DNA from: Candidatus Buchananbacteria bacterium
GTDB taxonomy: Bacteria; Patescibacteriota; Patescibacteriia; CAIXNZ01
NCBI GenBank assembly: GCA_014729025.1
Contig: WJKP01000011.1
Location: 6,500-70,499 of the forward strand
Direction of reading: 5' to 3'
Length of the DNA: 64,000 bases
The position numbers were made by a program, and so were the translations under genes. Below the pieces are notes generated by a model. It had not been told where the DNA came from, did not search any database, and saw only the letters and a list, made by a program, of their open reading frames with translations. This document shows positions 56,189 through 64,000 of this stretch, one piece after another; position 1 is the stretch's first letter; each line of letters opens with the position of its first letter.

Positions 56189-58369
56189 ATGAAATTAAAA
56201 ACGCTTGTATCAAAAGAAATTAAAAGTTTAATGGGTGATCAAAATAGTTTTTATTATATCCCTGATTATCAGCGCCCTTATTCTTGGGAAACAGATAATA
56301 TTACAGATTTCTGGGAAGATATCAGCAAGGCGTATGACAATAAAGACGAGAATTATTTTCTCGGTTCTTTTATTTTAATAGAAAATGATGATCATAAAGG
56401 CTTTGAAGTAGTTGACGGTCAACAGCGTTTAACAACCATTACTTTGTTTTTAGCGGTTTTACGTGATATGTTTGCTGATAATAATAGAATGGATTTAGCT
56501 GAAAAGATCCAAAATGAATTCATTAAAAAAGAAAATCGTTTTCGCCTTTACGCCCGTTCAGAAGACAAATTAGCATTTGAAAATAATATATTAAATGATA
56601 TCAATAGTTTAGCTAATTATAATGGCAGTAAAATTAGAAAACAGTTTAAAAATACTATTGCTGTTTTTCATAATCTAATAGCCATGAGAAGTTCAGAAAT
56701 GAATGTCAGTACTGAAAAATTTATGGATTATCTGGCATCTATTTATGAATATTTGATGTCCAATGTTTTTGTGATTATTGTGGTTACTGAAGATATTGCT
56801 TCAGCTTATACGATTTTTGAAACAATTAATCAAAGAGGTAAAGAATTACGAACAGAAGATCTTTTAAAAAATTTCTTATTAAAAAAATTATTGGATGAAA
56901 TTAACAAGCATAACAATGAAAGTCCTAATTCACAGAAAAATTTTGATAAAGAAAAATTATCACTACTTTCTGTTTGGCAAAGGATTGAAGATACCAATAT
57001 CGGCATGGAGTCTTTGTTGAATTATCATCGTACGGCTATTTTAGGAACTAACCCCAAAAAAGATTTATTTAAAGAAATTACAAACTATATCAGAGATAAA
57101 AATATTACACCTTATGAATTTATGTCTGATTGGGATAAAACAGTGGATGCTTATTTATCTTTATATCAGGGAGATTTTTATAATCAGCTTAATGATAAAA
57201 CCAAAAAGATTCTTAGTTTATTATGGGAAATAAATCATAATCACTGGATACCTGTTTTAATAAGTGCTCGTAGAGCCAATTTACCAAAGGAGGATTTTCA
57301 AGAATTGGTTTTTGTTTTAGAAAGAATGTATGCCTTATTTTGGATAGCCGGCTATAATGCCGTTAAAATTAAATATCCAAGCTGGTATATTATCAGAGAA
57401 TTGATTAGTAAAAATAAAAGTTTGGATGATATTAAAGATTATATTGAAAAAATACTAGTTCAAAATCGTGTATACAACAGGTTCTATGAATCTTTAGAAC
57501 ATGATTGTTATGGCAATTCATGGTGTAAATATATTTTGGCTAAATATGAATATTCACTGGTTGATGATTCGGTAATTAAAAAAGTAAAATTTGATTCAAC
57601 TGTTCAAATTGAACATATCTTACCTCAAACAATGTCAGCCAAATATTGGAAGGAAAATTTTACCGAGGATGAACATGATAAGCTTGTAAGTACTTTGGGG
57701 AATTTAACATTACTAATTGGCGGGATTAAAGAAAAGAAAAAATCTAAGAATCAATCAGCTGCTAATAAACCGTTTGATGAGAAAATTAAAGTTTATATGG
57801 GCGAAGCCTTAAAAGACGGATTTAGTGCTTTTCAAATGACTCAGGATTTATCTAAATATGATGATTGGACTCCGAGTGTAATTAGAAAAAGAGGTAAAGC
57901 CATAATTAATAAATTGGAACAGTTGTGGGAAGTTTCCAGAGATAATGTTTCTAATCAATCAGAGGAAGATGAAGACGAGGATGAAGTTCAATCTGAAGGT
58001 GGTAGAAATAGTTTTTCATTAGAACCTGGTCAGTATAATAACATTGTTTTAAAAAAGAAATTAATTGATACTTTAAATATTGAAAGTGCGGTTATTCCTC
58101 GTTTAAAGGTTTTTTTGCAAATACTGGCAAGTGAAAATAAAGTTTTTAATAGAGAAGAAATCAAAGAGAAATTGCATCAGCACGGTATTGGTGATAATAT
58201 AGGAAAAACAGGACGATACTTAAGTAATATCTCTCAATTTTTAACCAAACGTAATAATTCCCATCTTCGGCAAGTGGTGAATTTTCAAACAGGTGGTGAA
58301 ATGGGAGAATTAAAAAATAATTATTCTCTTAATGAGAAGTATCGTGAATTAGTTAAAGAAGTATTATAG
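56189..58369 (+). CDS. GmrSD-like Type IV restriction/defence enzyme (DUF262 ParB-like NTPase domain plus DUF1524 HNH-like nuclease domain) with extra C-terminal domain
   Basis: DUF262 motifs 'YYIPDYQRPYSWE' and 'VVDGQQRLTTITLFL'. DUF1524 'QIEHILPQTMS'. Acidic linker 'EEDEDEDEVQSEGG', then a 140-aa extra domain. Confidence 0.8.
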   Translation: MKLKTLVSKEIKSLMGDQNSFYYIPDYQRPYSWETDNITDFWEDISKAYDNKDENYFLGSFILIENDDHKGFEVVDGQQRLTTITLFLAVLRDMFADNNRMDLAEKIQNEFIKKENRFRLYARSEDKLAFENNILNDINSLANYNGSKIRKQFKNTIAVFHNLIAMRSSEMNVSTEKFMDYLASIYEYLMSNVFVIIVVTEDIASAYTIFETINQRGKELRTEDLLKNFLLKKLLDEINKHNNESPNSQKNFDKEKLSLLSVWQRIEDTNIGMESLLNYHRTAILGTNPKKDLFKEITNYIRDKNITPYEFMSDWDKTVDAYLSLYQGDFYNQLNDKTKKILSLLWEINHNHWIPVLISARRANLPKEDFQELVFVLERMYALFWIAGYNAVKIKYPSWYIIRELISKNKSLDDIKDYIEKILVQNRVYNRFYESLEHDCYGNSWCKYILAKYEYSLVDDSVIKKVKFDSTVQIEHILPQTMSAKYWKENFTEDEHDKLVSTLGNLTLLIGGIKEKKKSKNQSAANKPFDEKIKVYMGEALKDGFSAFQMTQDLSKYDDWTPSVIRKRGKAIINKLEQLWEVSRDNVSNQSEEDEDEDEVQSEGGRNSFSLEPGQYNNIVLKKKLIDTLNIESAVIPRLKVFLQILASENKVFNREEIKEKLHQHGIGDNIGKTGRYLSNISQFLTKRNNSHLRQVVNFQTGGEMGELKNNYSLNEKYRELVKEVL

Positions 58370-58418
58370 AAAAATATTTTATAACCTCATTTTTTAAATA
58401 TTCAATAATATTAAATTT

Positions 58419-58856
58419 ATGGCATATCGAGACACGGCTTCATTCGGTAAAAGACAGGAATACGTTGTAATAGCAGAATTATTAAAAAGAGGATTTGATG
58501 TATATATGACATTGGTTGATGATCAGGGTATAGATTGTATTATTAGGATTAATGATAAAAAGTATATTGATATACAAATCAAAGCTCGCTCTAAAACCGC
58601 AAAACAAGGTAGCGTTTTTGCTGCAATGACAGTTAATCCTAGAAATAATTTTTATTGGATTTTCTACACTGAAATTGATAATAATTATTGGATAATTCCA
58701 TCAAAAGATTTAGTAAAGCTTTGCCAGATTAATAAATTAGGTAAAAATGTCGGCAAAATGCATTTATCATTACCCAAATCAGGTCTAGGGTCTAAAGCTT
58801 TGAAATATGAAAAATATAAAAATGATAATGGATTTAAATTGTTAAATAGTAAATAA
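58419..58856 (+). CDS. Hypothetical protein (possible PD-(D/E)xK nuclease fold)
   Basis: 'YVVIAELLKRGFDVYMTLVDDQGIDCIIR...YIDIQIKARSK' resembles a D...(D/E/Q)-x-K motif. Weak. Confidence 0.3.
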   Translation: MAYRDTASFGKRQEYVVIAELLKRGFDVYMTLVDDQGIDCIIRINDKKYIDIQIKARSKTAKQGSVFAAMTVNPRNNFYWIFYTEIDNNYWIIPSKDLVKLCQINKLGKNVGKMHLSLPKSGLGSKALKYEKYKNDNGFKLLNSK

Positions 58857-58860
58857 AAGC

Positions 58861-60327
58861 ATGATTTCAAAATCTCAATTTTTAAAATACATTCAATGTT
58901 ATAAATATCTTTGGTTATATAAATTCAGACGTGAATTATTACCTGAAGAAGTTGACGCCTCATTGCAGCGTATTTTTGATGAAGGTTATGAAATTGAAGA
59001 TTATGCTAAAAAGTTATTTCCTAAGGGAGTTGAAGTCGAAGGCTTATATGATAAAGCAGAAAAACACACTAAAAAATTAATCAAAGAAGGTAATAAATTA
59101 TTATTCCAAGCTACTGCCATGGCTAATAAATTATATTGTATGGCAGATATTTTTTCTTATAATCCCAAAACAAAAAAATGGGATATTTACGAAGTTAAAA
59201 GTTCAACTAAATTAAAAGATATTCATATTATTGATTTGGCTTTTCAGAAAACATGTTTTGAAGGAGCCGGTTATGAAATTGGTAAACTGCATTTAGTCCA
59301 TGTTAATAATCAATATGTACGTAAAGGTAAGATTGACCCTAAGAAATTGTTAAAAATAGAAGATTTAACTAGTGAAGTAAAAAATGTTATTAGTGGTGTC
59401 CATCTTGATATTGAAAATGCTTTAGAATTGATTACTAAAAAAGATGAACCTCAAGTTAAAATTTTAAAACAATGCAAAAACCCTTTTGGATGTAATTTTA
59501 TTGGTTATTGTTGGAAAGATATCCCTGAACATTCAATTTATAATATCGCCGGTAGCTTAACTGAGAAAAAATTAAATGAATTATTAGATCAAGGGATTAT
59601 CATGATAAAAGATATTCCTGATGATTATTTAACCAAACATAAATCAATTTTGCATCATAATGTTATAAAGCAGAATAAGATTCATATAGAAAAAGAAAAC
59701 ATTAAGTCTGAATTGAGTAAATTAAAATACCCATTATATTTTCTTGATTATGAAACATTCAGTCCAGCTATTCCTATGTTTGACGGTTATAAACCTTATC
59801 AAAGAATTGTTTTTCAGTTTTCTTTACATGTTCAAGAATCTAAAGGAGCTAAATTAAAACATTATGAGTTTTTAGCTAAAGACAAAAAAGACCCGACTAA
59901 TGATTTGTTGAAAGCCTTAAAAAGCTTTGTTAAAGGTATCGGTACATTTATTGCTTGGAATGATGTTTTTGAAAAAGGTTGTAATAGAGAAATGGCCAGA
60001 CGTGCACCCAAATATTCCGATTTTTTACAGGAAATTAATAATTCAATGTATGACCTGATGATGATATTTCGTAATGGTTATTATGTACACAAAAATTTTC
60101 ATGGCAGTGCTTCAATTAAAAAAGTTTTACCGGTAATAGTACCTAAATTATCTTATAAAGATTTAGAAATACAAGAAGGCGGTACTGCTTCTCAAAGCTG
60201 GTTAACTTTGATTGATGAATCAGTTAAAAAATCTGAACGTAATAAGTTAGCCACGGATATGCTTAAGTACTGTGAGCTGGATACTTTTGCTATGGTTGAG
60301 ATATTGAGGAAGTTGAAAGAAATATGA
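58861..60327 (+). CDS. DUF2779-like protein (RecB/Cas4-like PD-(D/E)xK nuclease N-domain plus RNase-H-like C-domain)
   Basis: N-terminal 'ISKSQFLKYIQCYKYLWL'. Cys cluster 'CKNPFGCNFIGYCW'. C-terminal 'YFLDYETFSPAIPMFDGYKPYQRIVFQFSLHV'. Family recall from memory. Confidence 0.45.
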   Translation: MISKSQFLKYIQCYKYLWLYKFRRELLPEEVDASLQRIFDEGYEIEDYAKKLFPKGVEVEGLYDKAEKHTKKLIKEGNKLLFQATAMANKLYCMADIFSYNPKTKKWDIYEVKSSTKLKDIHIIDLAFQKTCFEGAGYEIGKLHLVHVNNQYVRKGKIDPKKLLKIEDLTSEVKNVISGVHLDIENALELITKKDEPQVKILKQCKNPFGCNFIGYCWKDIPEHSIYNIAGSLTEKKLNELLDQGIIMIKDIPDDYLTKHKSILHHNVIKQNKIHIEKENIKSELSKLKYPLYFLDYETFSPAIPMFDGYKPYQRIVFQFSLHVQESKGAKLKHYEFLAKDKKDPTNDLLKALKSFVKGIGTFIAWNDVFEKGCNREMARRAPKYSDFLQEINNSMYDLMMIFRNGYYVHKNFHGSASIKKVLPVIVPKLSYKDLEIQEGGTASQSWLTLIDESVKKSERNKLATDMLKYCELDTFAMVEILRKLKEI

Positions 60328-60436
60328 AATATTATTCATAGCTCATAAAATTACTGGCTGGATGCCAGTTTTTTTATCTTGATTAAACAGCCTGAAAGTG
60401 GTAAGTTTTAACTATAAATATCTAAATTAGACACTT

Positions 60437-62536
60437 ATGTGGGTTAAAGAAAAACTAGAGAATCTAAATTATTTATTAAAGAATAGATTTGTTATTTTTA
60501 TTCTCTTTTTTATGTTGTTTATTTTAACTTCATTTTTATCATCAGGATCATTTCTGCCAAGTACGGAAACAAAAGATCTTTGGTTTTATTCTGGATTGTT
60601 TATGCTTTGTTTTTCAATTCTTTTTATTGAGCCATACTATACTTCACCTAAGAATGTAATTACTAATGTAGTTCCTCTAATATTAGTTTTTTTATCGATA
60701 AAAGATGTTTTTGTAAATATTATTTTTTGGTGGTTTGCTGTAATTATTTTTTTATTTCTCTTAATGATTTCTATTATAGCCATTGCTATAGAGGATAAGA
60801 ACAAAAGCCCTGAACACATTACAAATAAAATAGCTGATTTTTTGAAAAACATAGCGATTTTGATTGGTACAGGAAAGGTTCTTTATTCAGCAGTATTTAT
60901 TTATTTCCTTTTAACTTATTATTCAATCCAAAATTTTTATACTATATTATTATTCATCTTTTGGTTTTTTATAATAATAATAGACACTAAAAAAATACAT
61001 AACAAATTTTTAATAAGAGAAATAAAGGTTAATAACAACCAAATCGGGGAAATTTTTGGAGTTCAATCAAAAAAAATTTTTTTAGTTAAATTATTTGAAG
61101 ATAAAAAGAATGTAACCAAATTTGATATTGTTAAATTTAAATATTCGATGCAAGATACTAAAGACTTAGTAATTACTGGTATAATTTTTGACACCTATTT
61201 ATTAAATCAGGAAAAGTGGGCAAAAATATTACAGCTAAAAAATCCTCGAAAAGAGGATTTGAAGTTTAAAATGGATGAGAACTTCGTATATAAAGTATCC
61301 GATGAAGAAGAAATACAAAAAATTAGTTCTGAGATACGTGTTAAGGATTTTATTGGGGTAGTTATCGAAGGATCTAATATTGGCAAAATTAAATTCGAGT
61401 ATTCCAAAATGAAAGAAGATTTACAAATGGATGATTTAATTGAATTGGAGATTGGCAGTAAAAAATTGTATTATCAGGTGATTACTGGCACCACGCAAAA
61501 AGAAAAACTTGAAGCAAGGAATGAAATGGGATATATAGAAGGTGAGGCAATTCAATTGGGTGAATGGAGTGAAGAATTGTTATCTTTCCAAAAATTTGGA
61601 TGGGTTCCTTCTATTAACACCCCCATTTTTAAAGCAAACACAAATGAATTAACTACTAATGATTTTGCATATCCTCTTTATAAATTAGGTGTTATCCCAG
61701 GGACTTCGTTACCTTCAGTTATAAATTTAAGTGAAGCCGTTAGTCACCATATGGCATTACTTGGAGTTACAGGTGCTGGCAAATCATTTATTGCAAGAGA
61801 AATTATAAAACAACTAAAAAATGATACAAAAATTATCTGCATAGATTTAACGGGAGAATGGAAAGTTGAATTATCGGAACTTTCCCCAAAACAACTTATA
61901 GATTCTTCTGGGTTAGGTGAGGTAGAAGAAATAATTGCCAAAAAAGAAACAGCCACAAAAAATAAAAATTCAGAAGAAGTATTAAAATATAAAAAACAAA
62001 TTCAGGAAAAACTCAATATATATATTAAGGCTTTTGCTGATTCTGAGGACAATTTATCTATATTTGAATTGCCTGATTTATCAAATACTTCTTTTATTTT
62101 AGAATTTACTCAAATGTTTTTAGATAGTTTATTTCTTTATGCTAAATCAAATCAAGGAAATAAATTTTGTATTGTTTTAGAAGAAGCTCATACAATTATA
62201 CCTGAAACATCATTTCTTGGCGATTTAGGAGATTATTCAGCTAATAAAGGATTAGTAAGTAAAATGGGACAAATTGCATTGCAGGGTCGTAAATATGGCG
62301 TTGGATTTTTAGTTATAGCTCAAAGAACCGCCAATGTTTCAAAAACAGTATTAACACAATGTAATACCGTTGTGTGCTTTCAAGCATTTGATGAGACCAG
62401 TTTTTCTTTTTTGCAAAATTATGTGGGTAAAGATATGGTTCATGCTTTGCCAAATTTAAAGCAATACCATGCAATAGTTGCTGGAAAATCAATAAAATCT
62501 AATATGCCCATGATAGTTGACTTATCAAGAAATTAA
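60437..62536 (+). CDS. Membrane-anchored HerA/FtsK-like (DUF87-type) P-loop ATPase
   Basis: About 6 TM helices in the first 190 aa. Walker A 'LLGVTGAGKSFIAREI'. Walker B 'CIVLEEAHTIIPE'. Arginine-finger region 'ALQGRKYGVGFLVIAQR'. Confidence 0.65.
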   Translation: MWVKEKLENLNYLLKNRFVIFILFFMLFILTSFLSSGSFLPSTETKDLWFYSGLFMLCFSILFIEPYYTSPKNVITNVVPLILVFLSIKDVFVNIIFWWFAVIIFLFLLMISIIAIAIEDKNKSPEHITNKIADFLKNIAILIGTGKVLYSAVFIYFLLTYYSIQNFYTILLFIFWFFIIIIDTKKIHNKFLIREIKVNNNQIGEIFGVQSKKIFLVKLFEDKKNVTKFDIVKFKYSMQDTKDLVITGIIFDTYLLNQEKWAKILQLKNPRKEDLKFKMDENFVYKVSDEEEIQKISSEIRVKDFIGVVIEGSNIGKIKFEYSKMKEDLQMDDLIELEIGSKKLYYQVITGTTQKEKLEARNEMGYIEGEAIQLGEWSEELLSFQKFGWVPSINTPIFKANTNELTTNDFAYPLYKLGVIPGTSLPSVINLSEAVSHHMALLGVTGAGKSFIAREIIKQLKNDTKIICIDLTGEWKVELSELSPKQLIDSSGLGEVEEIIAKKETATKNKNSEEVLKYKKQIQEKLNIYIKAFADSEDNLSIFELPDLSNTSFILEFTQMFLDSLFLYAKSNQGNKFCIVLEEAHTIIPETSFLGDLGDYSANKGLVSKMGQIALQGRKYGVGFLVIAQRTANVSKTVLTQCNTVVCFQAFDETSFSFLQNYVGKDMVHALPNLKQYHAIVAGKSIKSNMPMIVDLSRN

Positions 62537-62553
62537 AAATATTAAAATTATTT

Positions 62554-63939
62554 ATGAAGCAAAGGGACGCCTTAAATATTTTAAAATTAGGATACAACGT
62601 TTTTTTAACAGGTGCCGCAGGTAGCGGTAAAACTTTTTTATTAAACAAATATATTAAATATTTAAGAAAAAATGATATAGCTGTTGCTATAACAGCGTCA
62701 ACTGGTATTGCTGCAACTCACATGAATGGGAGGACTATTCATTCATGGTGTGGAATGGGTATAAATTTAAAAATGAATAAATCCCAAATTAATGAGATTG
62801 TAAATAAAGATTATATTTATGATAATATCCTGAATACAAAAGTATTGATTATCGATGAAGTATCTATGCTTCATTCTTCTCAATTGGATTTAGTAGATAA
62901 AATTTGCAAAACAATTAAAAATAATGACGAACCTTTTGGTGGAATACAAGTTATATTATGCGGTGATTTTTTTCAATTACCTCCAGTTTCGAAAGAAAGT
63001 GATACAAGTGAATATGCATTTGAATCGGATATTTGGAATAATATGGATTTAAAAGTTTGTTATCTAACAGAACAATATCGTCAAAATGATAAAGATTTCT
63101 TAGGAATTTTAAAAAAAATAAGAGAAAACTCTGTGGATCAGGATGTGAAAAATAAGTTAATAAAAAGAATTAACGCCAAGGCAAAAAGTAAATTACATAT
63201 TACAAAATTATATTCTCATAATATCGACGTTGATAGGATAAATCACAACGAACTTAAAAAGATAAAAGGTAAAGAAATTGTTTATGAGATGCACTCCGAA
63301 GGGATTAGGACAATGGTTGATTCTTTAAAAAAATCCTGTCTAGCACCTGAAAGATTAACTATCAAAAAAGGAGCTATTATAATGTTTGTTAAAAATAATT
63401 TTAGAGAAGGATATGTTAATGGCACTCTTGGAGAAATTATTGATTTTGATGAGGATACTAATTACCCAATAGTAAAAACTATTTCAGATGATATTATTCA
63501 TGTTGTACCTGCAACTTGGTGCGTAGAGGAAAATAATAAAATTCTAGCTGAGATAACGCAACTACCTATACGTCTTGCTTGGGCGATTACAATACATAAA
63601 AGCCAAGGTATTAGTCTCGATTTTGCTGAAATTGATTTAAGTAAATCATTTTTATGTGGAATGGGATATGTCGCTTTATCAAGAGTTAAATCATTATCAG
63701 GTTTATTATTAAAAGGAATTAATGATATGGCTTTGAAAGTTGATGATGATTTATTACAAGTAGATAAGGATTTAATAAAAAGATCAATTTTAGATCTTAA
63801 AGCTTTCAAAGCATTATCTAAAAAAACATTAAAACAAAAACAAAATAAATTCATCGAAGATAATGCTGAACCAGAAGAAGAAATTGAAGTCGATGACGAT
63901 GATAATTATGAGGTTAGATTAGAAGATATACCATTTTAA
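62554..63939 (+). CDS. PIF1/RecD-like superfamily 1 DNA helicase
   Basis: 'NVFLTGAAGSGKTFLL'. 'ITASTGIAATHMNGRTIHSW'. 'LIIDEVSMLHS'. 'ILCGDFFQLPPV'. C-terminal 'LAWAITIHKSQGIS'. Acidic C-terminal tail. Confidence 0.8.
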   Translation: MKQRDALNILKLGYNVFLTGAAGSGKTFLLNKYIKYLRKNDIAVAITASTGIAATHMNGRTIHSWCGMGINLKMNKSQINEIVNKDYIYDNILNTKVLIIDEVSMLHSSQLDLVDKICKTIKNNDEPFGGIQVILCGDFFQLPPVSKESDTSEYAFESDIWNNMDLKVCYLTEQYRQNDKDFLGILKKIRENSVDQDVKNKLIKRINAKAKSKLHITKLYSHNIDVDRINHNELKKIKGKEIVYEMHSEGIRTMVDSLKKSCLAPERLTIKKGAIIMFVKNNFREGYVNGTLGEIIDFDEDTNYPIVKTISDDIIHVVPATWCVEENNKILAEITQLPIRLAWAITIHKSQGISLDFAEIDLSKSFLCGMGYVALSRVKSLSGLLLKGINDMALKVDDDLLQVDKDLIKRSILDLKAFKALSKKTLKQKQNKFIEDNAEPEEEIEVDDDDNYEVRLEDIPF

Positions 63940-64000
63940 ATCGTATGTTCACACATCTCCAACCTAAACAATATTACATTGACCGCTATGACCGTCTTAC

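Larger units (their letters stand above)
45936..64000. mobile_element. tRNA-Gln-adjacent mobile/defence island (prophage-like remnant plus restriction/defence genes), truncated by the window end
   Basis: Begins right after a tRNA. Contains a large serine recombinase, TerL/TerS-like genes, a ParB-methylase, a Type IIG RM, an HNH nuclease, a GmrSD-like enzyme, nucleases and helicases. Gene orientation is mixed, unlike the rest of the window. Confidence 0.55.

Overview
This 64-kb window is AT-rich (about 30% GC by eye), tightly packed and almost entirely + strand, with weak or absent Shine-Dalgarno sequences. Gene content (hrcA-grpE-hsp20-dnaK-dnaJ, murF, cysS, dnaX, an orphan VirD4/TraD-like ATPase, many small lysine-rich proteins) looks like a Patescibacteria/CPR-type reduced genome. 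That assignment is an inference, not a database result.

The window falls into four blocks.

(1) 1-18.6 kb, housekeeping: murF, tRNA-Glu, an AbrB-like regulator, a MacA/MacB-type tripartite efflux set, a CIRCE/HrcA-controlled heat-shock locus (hrcA-grpE-hsp20-[GC-rich antisense gene]-dnaK-DUF3467-like-ispG-hyp-dnaJ), a CvpA-like membrane protein and three secreted Cys-containing paralogs.

(2) 18.6-37.4 kb, the likely 'system' in this window. A membrane-anchored peptide ends in nine Ser-His-Gly (His-Xaa-Ser-type) repeats encoded by a 9-bp tandem repeat. It sits between a radical-SAM/SPASM enzyme and a radical-SAM with a non-canonical Cx4Cx2C motif. A small upstream ORF resembles HxsD. Downstream on the + strand come a HemN-like rSAM, five tandem paralogous rSAMs that share a C-terminal Cx2Cx5C twitch-like motif, a mini-rSAM, an rSAM fused to a WaaP/APH-like kinase domain, a GT9 (heptosyltransferase/BAHT-like) protein, a second kinase-like paralog and an A24 prepilin-peptidase-like membrane protein. 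Two U32-family Fe-S proteins are embedded on the opposite strand. This looks like a greatly expanded variant of the bioinformatically defined His-Xaa-Ser (Hxs) radical-SAM system, with added glycosylation and phosphorylation potential.

(3) 37.4-45.9 kb: cysS, a small SAM methyltransferase, a VirD4/TraD-like coupling ATPase, dnaX, then tRNA-Gln. A 75-bp copy of the tRNA-Gln promoter plus 5' half lies upstream, flanking a frameshifted small GIY-YIG nuclease gene.

(4) 45.9-64 kb: a tRNA-Gln-adjacent mobile/defence island that runs past the window end. It carries a lipoprotein, a Type IIG RM enzyme, an HNH nuclease, a large serine recombinase, TerL/TerS-like proteins, a ParB-DNA methylase, a GmrSD-like DUF262/DUF1524 enzyme, PD-(D/E)xK/DUF2779-like nucleases, and a membrane-anchored HerA/DUF87-like ATPase next to a PIF1-like helicase.
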